A DNA stretch of 63,923 bases, filler included, from Octopus bimaculoides (Eukaryota), in NCBI RefSeq assembly GCF_001194135.2. It is 4 parts of 4 records of this genome, joined end to end, with 100 filler letters (N's around TTAATTAATTAA, not from the genome) between each part and the next. Parts side by side here need not be neighbours in the genome. Positions count along the whole stretch, not along the records: positions 51,778 to 61,409 come from NC_068981.1; positions 61,510 to 63,923 come from NC_068982.1; 2 more parts are not named here. One strand, written 5' to 3'. This document shows positions 52,399 through 63,597 of the stretch, piece by piece. Position numbers and translations under genes: made by a program. Within the stretch, counting starts at the first letter, position 1; each line of letters begins with the position of its first letter. The notes beneath the pieces were generated by a model. That model was not told where the DNA came from, searched no databases, and saw nothing but the letters and a program-made list of their open reading frames with translations.

Positions 52399-52768
52399 AT
52401 TACCCCTGCTTTAGTAAAGGCAGAGGTATTGTTTTCAGTTGTGTTTGTTTGTTTGTCCAAGGACAAGATATCTCAAGAACTGCTCGATGGATTCAGATGA
52501 AATTTTCAGGTGTGTTTGTCCTTGTGACTGGCACGAACTGATTAGATTTTGGGATCGATTCAGTATGGGACAAGGATTCTGGATTATTTTTCCTGTTTTT
52601 TTACTTAATTTTTGAGAGTGGTTGGGTTCATCTTTAGTATTCTTGTTTGTGAGAGCAGTCGAGTTTATTTCAGACATTCTCATTTAAAAAATCATCTCTG
52701 GCTAATCGTTGAGAGGACATTGGTGTTGCCTTGGCGGAGGTTTGCACTCTCTGAGTGCTCTTGCTATT
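52399..52768 (+). mobile_element. Helentron-associated (HINE/DINE-like) non-autonomous element
   Basis: 3' end ccttggcggaggt followed by hairpin gcactc-tct-gagtgc (52744-52758); degenerate 5' counterpart acccctgctttag; T-rich flanks. Confidence 0.65.
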
Positions 52769-52777
52769 ATTATTATT

Positions 52778-52998
52778 AAGGTGGTGAGCTGACAGAATTG
52801 TTGGCATGCTAGGCAAAATGCTTAGCAGCATTTCGTTTGTCTTCATGTCCTGAGTTCAAATTCTGCCAAGGTTGACTTTGCTTTTCATCATTTTGGGGTC
52901 AATAAAATAAGTACCAGTTGAACCCTGGGGTTGATGTAATCAACTAATCCCCTCCCCCAAAATTGCTGCCTTTGTGGCAAAATTTGAAACCATGATCA

Positions 52999-53050
<52 letters not shown>

Positions 53051-53235
53051 GGTAGTGAGCTGGCAGAATTGTTAGCATGCCAGGAAAAATGCTTAGTGGC
53101 ATTTTGTCAGTCTTTATGATCTGAGTTCAAATCCTACTAAGGTTGAAATAAGTACCAGTTGCATACTGGGGTCCATATAATTGACTAGCCCTTCCCTCAA
53201 AATTTCAGGCCTTGTGCCTATAGTAGAAAGGATTA
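52778..53235 (+). mobile_element. Two CpG-decayed family A SINEs
   Basis: ggtggtgagctg..gccaaggttgact..ggggtcaat: CG to TG/CA changes throughout. Confidence 0.88.
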
Positions 53236-53496
53236 TTATTATTATTATTATTATTATGATTATTATTATTATTATTATTGTAGTTGTTGTTCTTGTTGTC
53301 GTTGTTTGCCATGTCTACTTGTGGAAGAACTCCACATACAAAGGATTTTTTTCCAGGATTATTTGATGAAAAAATTATTCTGTTCTTTCCTCCAACAATG
53401 AGCTTAACAATATATAAACAGAGCAGTAAGTGGCAGTAAACATTACTTCTCGGTATAGTTACTGCTTTCATCTCTTATAGAGATTTTCTAACTAAC

Positions 53497-53766
53497 CAGT
53501 TTGCTTTGTTGCAAGGTCAGTGACTGTGTCACTTGGTTTTCTAGATATTGTGAGCTGCAGTGAACTACTGCTATCTCTAGCAGATGAGTATCCACCACTG
53601 AGAATGACCACAAAGAGGTCGAAGCTGTACAGTCTGGTAGTCTCATGGCTGGAAGGTGGTAGGGGTTTACTCCCCTGCTTGCAATATATATCAGGTGCAG
53701 ATTGCATTAAGTAACAAGCTGGAGGAGGCATCATCCTAGGGTTAAAAATAGCAGTAATGTTGGTTC
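53497..53766 (-). CDS. Candidate symmetric phase 1-1 internal exon (270 nt), unknown protein
   Basis: ctgttctgtag| acceptor, G|gttagt donor; only one minus frame is open (GTNITAIFNPRMMPPPACY...RKPSDTVTDLATKQT); lies in the CpG-decayed block. Confidence 0.45.
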
Positions 53767-53924
53767 CTACAGAACAGCCAAGTTTAAGTGGTAGTCAACT
53801 TTACTTCTCAATATTTAAACGTCCATCCCATTAATACATGTTTAAATAATCCATATCACTTTGTTAGCGAAAATAATACCTGGATGGAAATAAAGGTTTG
53901 CTCTTTGACAGTTGGTGTACTATA

Positions 53925-54080
53925 CAGACATGGTCGTGTGGTTAAGAAGCTTGCTTTCCACCCAAGTGGTCTTGGGTTCAGTTCCTCTGTGTGGTACCTT
54001 GGGCAAGTGTTAGCACCCCAGGCTGAGCAAAGCTTTGTGAGTTGGTTTGGTAGATAGAAACTGAAAGAAGCCTATATCAT
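53925..54080 (+). mobile_element. Family B SINE head, CpG-decayed
   Basis: gtggttaagaagcttgctttcc..ggtaccttgggcaagtg.. Confidence 0.85.
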
Positions 54081-54129
54081 CATCATCATCATCATCATTA
54101 TCATCATCGTCATCATTATCATCATCATT

Positions 54130-54345
54130 GTTTAATGTCCTTCTTCCATGCTAGCATGGGTTGGACAGTTTAACATAAGCCAACCAGGTCTTCTACTACA
54201 CCAGGCTACTGTGTCTGTTTTGACATGGTTTTTATGGCTGGATGCCCTTCCTAACACCAACCACTCTGCAGAGTGGACTGAGTGCTTTTTATATGGCACC
54301 AGCACAGGCAAGGTCAGTTTTGACATGGTTTTTACAGCTGGATAC
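54130..54345 (-). mobile_element. RTE-type 3' tail element with (GAT)n tail
   Basis: Reverse complement reads ggttggtgttaggaagggcatccagccataaaaaccatg; adjacent (CAT)n run. Confidence 0.7.
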
Positions 54346-54349
54346 AAGC

Positions 54350-54600
54350 AGCTTTGTGGTTAGGATGTCTGCACTCATGATTGTGATGTCATGGTTTTGA
54401 TTCCCGGATCAGCTGTGTGTTGTGTTCATGAGCAAAACACTGCTGCAGTTCACTCAGCTATAAATGGACAACCCTGTGATGGACTGGTGTTCTGTTCAGG
54501 GGAAATGTTGGCTTGCCTACCTAGCCTGTAGGTAACATCATTTGAAAACTAAAGGATATTGTAACCAGTGGTGTATAGCAACGTTTGATAGTCTGATCAA
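54350..54600 (+). mobile_element. tRNA-SINE with the shared C/D domain and a V-domain-like 3' module
   Basis: gtgttgtgttcatgagcaaaacact..cactcagctataaatgg then ctgtgatggactgg..ctgttcagggg. Confidence 0.65.
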
Positions 54601-54619
54601 TACCATGATACCTTGGTAT

Positions 54620-54878
54620 ATATATTCTTTTATTCTTTTACTTGTTTCAGTCGTTTGACTGTGGCCATGCTGGAGCACTGCCATGAAGGGTTTTAGTGAA
54701 ACAAATCGATCCTAGGACTTATTTCTTAAGCCTAATATCTAATCTATCAGTCTGTTTTGCTGAACTGCTAAGTTACGGTAACATAACACACCAACACCAC
54801 TTGTCAAACTATGATGGCAGGAACAAACACAGACATAAAGACACAGACACACAGATATATATACATACACACACACAT

Positions 54879-54900
<22 letters not shown>
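54620..54900 (-). mobile_element. Family B SINE, 3' half, CpG-decayed
   Basis: ttactt gtttcagtc..tgactgtggccatgctggagcac..gctgaactgctaagttacgg. Confidence 0.85.
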
Positions 54901-54933
<33 letters not shown>

Positions 54934-55236
54934 NNNNNNNNNNNNNNNNNNNNNNNNNNNNNNNNNNNNNNNNNNNNNNNNNNNNNNNNNNNNNNNNNNN
55001 NNNNNNNNNNNNNNNNNNNNNNNNNNNNNNNNNNNNNNNNNNNNNNNNNNNNNNNNNNNNNNNNNNNNNNNNNNNNNNNNNNNNNNNNNNNNNNNNNNNN
55101 NNNNNNNNNNNNNNNNNNNNNNNNNNNNNNNNNNNNNNNNNNNNNNNNNNNNNNNNNNNNNNNNNNNNNNNNNNNNNNNNNNNNNNNNNNNNNNNNNNNN
55201 NNNNNNNNNNNNNNNNNNNNNNNNNNNNNNNNNNNN

Positions 55237-55288
<52 letters not shown>

Positions 55289-55309
55289 ATGACCAACCAG
55301 ACTATCAGA

Positions 55310-55775
55310 TGTTACACATCATTGGTCACAATGTGCTTTGCATTGTTTTAGCCTTTGAATTATGCTGCCCCAGTAGCTAAGTGAGCAGGCCAACATTCCT
55401 TCCTGATTGAAAGGGGGACTAAAGCGATGTAAAAGGAAGTGCTTTGCTCAAGAACTCAATGCACCACCCAGTCTGGAAATTGAACCTGGATCTAGTGATT
55501 ATGAGCGTAACAACCTAACCACTCAGCCACATGCATTCTTGGATGTGTGTGTGTCTGTGTCTGTGTTGTGTTTGTTCCCCAGTGCCACTTGACAACCAGT
55601 TTTAGTTTATGTCCCCATAACTTAGCAGTTTGGCAAAAAGGATCACTAGAATATGTAGCATCCTTAAAAAACAAAAACAAAAGAAGTATTGGGGAGTAAA
55701 TTTGTTCAGCTAAACCCTTCAAAGTAGTCTCCAGCATGGCTGCAGTTTAGAACTGAAACGAGTGAAAAGGAAAAA
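55310..55775. mobile_element. C/D-type SINE (minus, 55310-55535) abutting a family B 3' half (plus, 55545-55775), both CpG-decayed
   Basis: gtgctttgctcaagaactcaa and gtccccataacttagcagtttggcaaaa. Confidence 0.75.
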
Positions 55776-56679
55776 AAAATAGAAAGGAAATTATATTCCA
55801 GAAAATATCCAGTTACTTTGTTTGCGACTGATTCAATATCACTAAGTGCTAATCACAGTAGTGGTAACATCCTACCAGTTTTGCAAATACAAAAAACTGT
55901 GAACAATAGGAAAGCTGAAAAATATGGCAACTGAGCAAAAATACAGTTATAAATACAGTTACTGAGAAGCACAGAATGAAAATAAGCATTGACAATGAAA
56001 ACTTAAATGATAATAACAAAAGTACCATCATTGCTCCCACCGCCAACAACAATGCTACCAAGGAGTATTATTAGTTTGAAATAAATTCTACAGTCGGGGT
56101 AAATGCTGTTAGACAAGCCTATCCAATGAAACGATTCTGCATGTACTTTCTCAGTGGCTGGGTATTGCTAACTTTGTGAAGTTATATCAAGCAGCTGTTC
56201 ACCACATGTGGGATGAATCTGGCTATCAGTTGAATCTGTTGTAATGGTTGCCCCACTGTCTTCCATTAACATGGGCAAGAAAGGCAGTTTTCCTTTGTAT
56301 GGTGGCTATAGTGAAAGAGGTTGTGTGATGGAGAAAGTCGAAAGGTCTGATGACAGACAATCACCTCTTTGGTCAAGCCCTCATTGATATTTTCAAGTTT
56401 CACTTGAAAAGGAAGGTGATTGGGAGCGGGAGCTGCTGTCCTCAAGTGAATTTATTGAAAGGTGGATGTGAAAAAGACAAAAGTGGGTGAGACCCTTCTA
56501 AGTACATGTCTGTAGGTCAGGGAATATCAAATGAGACAGGCACCTATTCTTGATGTTCAGAGTGAACTTAGGTCTGTGGGTTTCCTCAATTGGCCTTAGG
56601 CGGAAGTCTGCCTGCACCAGGAGGTTTGCATCATCCTCATTTATTTGTATACCATGTTTACTTTATATTTCACATCTGT

Positions 56680-57260
56680 TGAGGTCAACTTTGTGTTTTG
56701 TCCTTTTGGGGTTGATAAAATAAGTAGCAGTTGAACACTGGGGTTATTATAATCGACTTACCTCCTGTCCTAAAATCGCTGTCCTTGTGCCAAAAGTTGA
56801 AACCATTATTATTCTTATAAATGCTTAGTGGCATTTCTTTTGTCTTTATGTTCTGAGTTCAAATTCCGCTGAGGTTGACTTTGCCTTTCATTCTTTTGGG
56901 AGTTGATGAAATAAGTACTAGTTGTGCACTGGAGTCAATGTAATCATCTAGCTTCCTCCCAAAATTTCAGGCCCTTGTGTCTATAGTAGAAAGGATTGTT
57001 GCTGTTGTTTCCAGTAGTAGTAGTAGCAATAGTAGTGCAGTAGTAGTAGTAATGGTGGTGGTGGTGGTGTGGCAGAACCATTGGATTGTGAGATTTAATG
57101 CTATATTGCATTTAATCTTGTTGTTCTACATTCTGAATTCAAATCTTGCCAAAGTTGAATTTCCTCAACTCTTCCTTCTTCAAGCATTGATAAAGTAAAT
57201 ATGAGTCATGTACTGAGGCCAATTCAGTCAACTAAAGCCTGCCCTAGAAATTTGTGATAG
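56680..57260 (+). mobile_element. Three CpG-decayed family A SINE copies
   Basis: gaggtcaactttg, gaggttgactttgcc and gccaaagttgaatttcc cores. Confidence 0.82.
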
Positions 57261-57279
57261 TCATTGTTGTCAGTGCAAG

Positions 57280-57342
<63 letters not shown>

Positions 57343-57344
57343 TT

Positions 57345-57860
57345 TGTATCTATTTTTCCATGCTTGCACAGGTCTCCTTCATTTCAGTTTCACACCATTT
57401 ATTGCAGTCCATTGTCATCTTCTTCACAAGGCTGAACCTCTTAAGATTATCTTTCAGTATGTCTTCCCATATTTTTCTTGGTCTTCCTCTCTTGCAGGTT
57501 TCATTCACCTATACTGCTCTGTACTTCTTTATCCAACTGCCATCTTCCTTACACACCACACATCTGTACCAACTCCTCTCCTGTACACTACATCTGATAT
57601 CTCTTACACCTAATTTTTCATTCAGCTTGTTTGTACTACATTCTTCCTGCAAACAAACATTATACATCTAGGGCAATATACTCTCCTCATTTCTTTCCAG
57701 CCTTTACTGGAATCTTCTACATTCACTGCCCATGTTTTGTTACTATGTAACAGTACACTTCATACACAAGTACCAGACAATCTGTCCTTTAATCATCACA
57801 GAATCCCTTTATAGCCAGCAAAAGTAAAAGCTCCCTGAACACCTTTCATCCCATTCTTAC
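57345..57860 (-). mobile_element. RTE-clade LINE 3' remnant with (GAT)n tail
   Basis: Minus peptide EKLGVRDIRCSVQER..WY followed by a degenerate GRP.KTW-like region; (CAT)n at 57280-57342. Confidence 0.75.
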
Positions 57861-57867
57861 TCTACTA

Positions 57868-58200
57868 AAGGGGTTCTCAATCATTTTTCTTATCTATGGA
57901 CCCCTTTGATTATTATTTTATTCTGGTGGACCCCCATAGCTGTTCAATGTTTAAAAACTAGTTTTATAGAAACTTCTTCCAAAATTCCTATTTCGTTTCT
58001 CACACATTAACTTGTGTAGGTTGAACCATGTAAAATGTTAGAGAAAAAAAACCTAGCTGTTTCTTGCAACATATACCAATACATACATCTAAAGTAAAAT
58101 CTTTTCAGGGGCCCTTAAAATACTACTGTGGATCCCCAATTTACTATTTTGTTGCATGGACTCCCAAAATTCTTATATGGACTCCAGTTGAGAACCATTG
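57868..58200 (+). mobile_element. hAT/Charlie-type MITE, about 333 bp
   Basis: TIRs (c)aggggttctcaa / ttgagaaccattg; 8-bp TSD ctctacta / ctcttcta (7 of 8); second copy at 23380-23700. Confidence 0.9.
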
Positions 58201-58469
58201 CTCTTCTATGTTTTTGGAACATTCTCATCCATCACTAATTAGTTCAATAAAGAACATTAACAGCTTATGTGAAATAAAACAGCAACACTGTTTTCCTAAT
58301 ATTTATTAAAAAAATACTTTTAAGCAGACACCATCACATTTTAGTTATCGAAGGGTAGGGGAGGCACTCCTCTTTGAGAAAAAAGCCTGTAATCTATACA
58401 CCTTATACAATAAGTATAATAATAGGAGAGTATTGTAGTTCGCTTGAAGCATTGTGTATTGTTTGTAAG

Positions 58470-58697
58470 GAATAAAAAGTTTAGAATGGTACAACAATGC
58501 ACTATAAAACAAAAAATGGACTATATACCTGTTGTAATTTGGTTATCTATAGTCCGATGATATTTCGGAATTACAATTCCTTAGAAGGAATTGTAATTCC
58601 GAAATATCATCGGACTATAGATAACCAAATCACAACAGGTATATAGTCCATTTTTTGTTCTATAGTGCATTGTTGTACCATTCTAAACTTTTTATTC
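58470..58697. repeat. Near-perfect palindrome, 113-bp arms, 2-4-nt loop
   Basis: 58470-58582 vs reverse complement of 58585-58697, 2 mismatches. Confidence 0.97.
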
Positions 58698-58799
58698 TTT
58701 ACAAGTATTATAATATTTTGTTTCGATAAATAAATAGGGTCTTTCATATTTTTTTGCTGTTCCATCATTAAGATATATTATCAAATATAATCATAGTCA

Positions 58800-59280
58800 T
58801 CATCATCATTATCATTTTGTATCTATTTTTCCATGCTTGCGCAGAAAATATCAAATATTACTAAGGAATTTTCTGAGAATTTTGGAAGAATTTATTTCAT
58901 AGGTGCTCTTACTGATAAATACTCCAATGCATCAGCTGCATATCAAGTCACTCTTCTCAATCAGCCTGCCTGTGATCCCTTTGCCCCTGTTTTGTTTACA
59001 TTAAGTTCATCACATGGAATTCCTACATACTCTCTTACTATATAGTGAACAAAGTCACTTTGTTGTAGAGTCCTGTCATCTCTCTTTTTGATTAAAACTA
59101 CTTTTTGCTAGGATTACTGTAAGACCTCTTGATTCCAGGTTTTTACTTCTACATTCTTTTATTCTTTTATTCTTTTATATGTTTCAGCCCTGAAATTATT
59201 CTCTGATTCATTGGTAGATTCAGCTAAAACTAAGTCATCGGCATACAGAAATTTTCACAGACATCCAATCTTAATAGTAG
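58800..59280 (-). mobile_element. RTE-clade LINE RT fragments
   Basis: Minus peptides FLYADDLVLAES (about 59250-59215) and NLESRGL.V.LAK. Confidence 0.75.
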
Positions 59281-59603
59281 TAGTAGTAGTAGTAATAGTT
59301 GTAGTAGTAGTTGTTGTAGTAGTAGTAGTTGTAATAATGTTGCTTAATATCAGCATATATTGTAGAGAGCCAAGTTAAATACTTTATAGTATTCAGTTTA
59401 GTACCATCTAGTGATTTCAAATTCTATCACATTTGATTCTGTCTTGCATTCCTCTGAGAATGAAGAAAATAAGTATCTCTTATACATTGTAATTGATTTA
59501 ATCAACTATGTCTTCATACACAAAAAACTGGTTTTGTTCTTCTTGGGAAAGAAATCTTCATTGTAACATTTAATTAAGCCTCTCTGTATATTGATTTTTC
59601 ATG

Positions 59604-59639
<36 letters not shown>

Positions 59640-59640
59640 T

Positions 59641-59673
<33 letters not shown>

Positions 59674-60769
59674 TTTTCTCTCTCTCTCACACACACACAA
59701 ATACACATGATCTGAGATAAAGAACATTAGCAGCTTATGTGAAATGAAACTACAAGATCTGATAATCAAAACTGGTTTGTTGAGTTGGCTTACAAGAATT
59801 TTGTCCGTTTTGCTCATAATTTAGAACATTTGATAATATATTAGGATATTTCAATGATGGAACAGCAAGAAAATATGAAAGACCCTATTTATTTATTGAA
59901 ACAAAATATTATAATACTTATTGTATATGGTGTATAGATTACAGGCTTTTTTTCTCAAAGAGGAGAGACCCCCCCTCCCCTTCGATAACTAAAATGTGAT
60001 GGTCTCTGCTTAAAAGTATTTTTTAATAAACATTAGGAAAACAGTGTTGCTGTTTTATTTCACATAAGCTGCTAATGTTCTTTATCTCAAACCTTATGTG
60101 TGTGTGCAAGAAAAATCAATATATAGACAGACTTAATTAAATGTTATAATGAAGATTTCTTTCATAGGAACTAGACCAATTTTTTTCTGTATGAGGACAT
60201 AGTTGATTAAATCAACTACAATGTATAAGAGATACTTATTTTGTTCATGCTCAGAGGAAAGCAAAACAAGATCAACTGTGATATAATTTGAAATCACCAT
60301 ATTATAAAGCATTTAAGTTGGCTCTCTATCAATTGTTAAGACTAGCTGTCTGTGAAAATTTCTGTATACTGTCTACAAGCAAATTTGCCTTGCATTCATC
60401 CACAGTTGATAAAATAAGTACCAGACATATGCTGGGGGATAAATTATATCAACTATACTTGTACTCTACAGATTAAGTAAGAAATCTATATTAACCTGCT
60501 TAGGAGTATTCCTGGCTCACTGGGAATTTCATATTTGACACATTGCCAAATTCCCAATATAGCAGGAATTGGCAAGCCCCATGTTAAAATCCGGTCAAAT
60601 TAAATATAGATTGGCTAGTCTGAATAAAGATAGATTGTCAGCCTAAAATTAGGATGTTTACAAATGTCGGCTCTTAAATTGTATTATTTTAGGTGTTTTT
60701 ATGTGTAGTGTTTCCAATTTTTCAACCATGAAGAATCACTACAGCCTAATACTTATTGTTTGGTTACAA

Positions 60770-61010
60770 CACACAAGCATACGTTGTTTCACATTGCCCC
60801 AGTTCTGTCAGTTGGCAAAAGTGATTTGTACCTGTAATTCAAAAGGGCCAGCCATGTCACATTCTGTGTCACACTGAATCTCCCTAAGAACTACGTTAAG
60901 GGTGTGTGTGTCTGTGGAGTGCTCAGCCACTTGTACGTTAATTTCTTGAGCAAGCTGTTCCATTGATTGAACCAACTGGAATCCTCGTTGTCATAACTGA
61001 CAGAGTGCCA
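60770..61010 (+). mobile_element. Family D SINE, CpG-decayed
   Basis: aagaactacgttaaggg..gtctgtggagtgctcagccactt; homologous to 26215-26487. Confidence 0.85.
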
Positions 61011-61229
61011 GTTATCATAATCTTCTTCCACGCTCAAATGGTGTTTTTTTACGTGCCACCTGCACAGGAGTCACACATATTTATAATAATGCATAAACTA
61101 TAGGAAAGGCGTGATCCAACAGGAACAGTAGTCCAACAGGAACAGTAATCCAATGTAACAAAAGATTCCGGCAGTTGGGTACTCCAAATCCAGTTGAAAG
61201 GCCAGGGTCTGTGTGAGCGTACGTCATAT

Positions 61230-61409
61230 AAGTTCAAAAAAACACAAAAAACAATAACAAAAAAGTGAGAACGTGATACGGATAGTGTTATTGGACGCTC
61301 GGGAAAGGAAAGAGAGAGAGTATGACGTTTCGGGTGGAGCCCTTCGTCGGAAAGATGGAAAGTTCAAAGAATGGAAAAACGGAGGAAGAGAAAATTGGCA
61401 CCGATGCCC
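61230..61409 (-). mobile_element. Penelope-like terminal fragment with hammerhead-like motif at 61321-61354
   Basis: Minus strand CCGACGA-A-GGG-cucca-CCC-GAAA-CGUC; truncated by the gap. Confidence 0.65.
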
Positions 61410-61509
61410 NNNNNNNNNNNNNNNNNNNNNNNNNNNNNNNNNNNNNNNNNNNNTTAATTAATTAANNNNNNNNNNNNNNNNNNNNNNNNNNNNNNNNNNN
61501 NNNNNNNNN
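61410..61509. other. Assembly spacer N44-TTAATTAATTAA-N44
   Basis: Same 100-bp cassette as at 27829. Confidence 0.95.
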
Positions 61510-61982
61510 CCACCACCACCACCACCACCACCACCACCATGACAACCACCATCACCACCATCGCCAACAACACATTCACCACAGTCACTATCACTACGAT
61601 GAGATATTGGTACATCAAGTAAGTGAAATGCAAGAAATCTGAGCACCCCCTCCGCCCTCCACCCATCCTCACTTTCTTCACACAAAACATTGTATCACAC
61701 TACAATAAACAGAGTTAAAGTAGACACAATGTTCTGTGATTCTCTTTGATCTCAGATTGCTGACACTCCAGTAAGAACTCTATGATGCATATAGATTGGT
61801 TTAACATTTCTCAGTTCTTCGGAACTATTCTTCAATACGATGTCAAGAGACTAGCAGACGTATAGTAGCAGACATATTCTTAACCACATCTATTGGATAG
61901 CGTAAGCATTTGAGCACAGCAAATGTATATTCGAAGATTGCCATCCTGACATACATGCATGCGAACATTCATATACAAACGC

Positions 61983-62056
<74 letters not shown>

Positions 62057-62309
62057 CGTGTGCGTATGTATCTGTCGGTTTATCTGTCTGTCTGTCTATC
62101 TGTCTATCTGTCTGTCTCTCGCGTACTCACGCATGTATGCGTACTCCTACACATATTCGGCAGATTATGTGTGCGCGTAAAAAGCACACATACGCACAGA
62201 GCTATGCACACACACACACACTCACACACACACACGCACACACACACACACACACAGACACACACGCGCACGCACACACACACACATGAAATATAGAAAT
62301 CAGAAGGTA

Positions 62310-62530
62310 TGTAAACCGATGGTTAGCATGTTGCGATCACGTTCCTAAGATCACGGGTTCAATTCCTAAAGTGAGCGGTGCTATGTGTCTTCGAGCGAAG
62401 AATGTGCTCTCACGCTGCTCTAGCTGAAAATGGGTAGCACCCTTCTGCCGGTGCAGCTCACTCTCCCTCCAGCTGGCAAAACCTCGATGTCCCACGCCGG
62501 ATCAAAAGCAGGATGGTCTTAAGGTTTTCT
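62310..62530 (+). mobile_element. tRNA-SINE with C/D-like domain and a distinct 3' module
   Basis: gggttcaattcc B-box-like motif, tgtgtcttcgagcgaag, ctagctgaaaatgggtagc. Confidence 0.55.
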
Positions 62531-62849
62531 ATAATTGTTTGCCACTGCATGAGTACCTAAAGCAACTGGCAAAAGCGTGTTACATTTGCCAGGTCATATT
62601 CGCTAGCGAGTGATGAATTAGCTTTGAATTTACGGATCTGATTATTTTATTCTGAAGACATGAAACTTGAATCGACCGAAGCACAGCCAATAATTTTCTT
62701 ATAAATGTATGTATGTATGTATATATAAATATCTATCTATCTATCTATATATATATATATATAACAATTATTATATATNNNNNNNNNNNNNNNNNNNNNN
62801 NNNNNNNNNNNNNNNNNNNNNNNNNNNNNNNNNNNNNNNNNNNNNNNNN

Positions 62850-62892
<43 letters not shown>

Positions 62893-62895
<3 letters not shown>

Positions 62896-63060
62896 AGAAT
62901 TCACAAAAAATAAAAAAAACAAGGACGAAGACAGGTGGTGTAGAAAACAAACAGAAGTATTAGTATAACGCTCGGGAAGTGAAAAAGTCTTTAATGATTC
63001 GAGCCTACGCTCTTCCACAGAAAGGAACACAGATACAAACAAAGAGAGAAGTTCGTGGGT
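62893..63060 (-). mobile_element. Penelope-like terminal fragment (same family as 16112-16290) next to (TA)n
   Basis: gagaattcacaaaaaa..acgctcggga..cgagcctacgctcttccacagaaaggaacacag; hammerhead core mutated (GAAAC to GAATC). Confidence 0.65.
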
Positions 63061-63129
63061 GATGAGAGGAGACAGGATCAACTGGTACGACCACGTGAGC
63101 GTGTAATATAAGGGTATATATATATATTC

Positions 63130-63367
63130 TTTTTTCTTTTACACGTTTCAATCATTTGACTGCAGTCATGCTAAAGAATCGCCTTAAAGGAATTTTTAGT
63201 CGAAGAAATCGACTTTAGAGCTTATTCTTTGCAAGCCTAGTACTTAACTTATTCTGTCGGGCTCCTTTACGGGGATTTAAACACACCAGTACTGGTTATC
63301 AAGCGATGATGGGGGCACAAACAGAGACATAGAGATACACACACAAATATATACATAGATACATGCA

Positions 63368-63418
<51 letters not shown>

Positions 63419-63562
63419 CGTCTGCCAAATCCACTCTCAAAGCTTTGGGTGGTCCAAAGCAATAGCAGAAGACACCCACGGTGCCACGCAGTGGGACTGA
63501 ACCCGGAACAATGTAATTGGAAAGCGAGCTTCTTACCACACAGCCACGTCCGTACCCATATT
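63130..63562 (-). mobile_element. Full-length family B SINE
   Basis: 3' half, (TA)n spacer and head gtgccacgcagtgggactgaacccgg. Confidence 0.9.
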
Positions 63563-63597
63563 TGTGTGTGTGTGTATGTGTGTGTGTGTGTGAGCAC

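Larger units (their letters stand above)
58247..60300. repeat. Three copies of an unclassified repeat: 58247-58770 (+), 59405-59750 (+), 59850-60300 (-)
   Basis: Shared ataaagaacatta.cagcttatgtgaaat and long reverse-complement matches between copies. Confidence 0.85.

Noticed and set aside
53357-53656. Plus-strand two-exon model resembling a longin (CCZ1-like) domain
   Set aside because: The strongest acceptor (53515) is out of frame with the upstream exon and the similarity is vague; retained only as an alternative in the findings
55849-56061. Hydrophobic 70-aa membrane-protein-like ORF, and a cadherin-like YPVTLFATDS peptide on the plus strand
   Set aside because: Hydrophobicity follows from T-rich composition; the cadherin-like frame terminates early and lacks other cadherin motifs
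56080-56640. Possible Penelope RT/linker remnant (PTDMYLEGSHP, APAPNHLPF on the minus strand)
   Set aside because: Similarity is too short and fragmentary to support without a search
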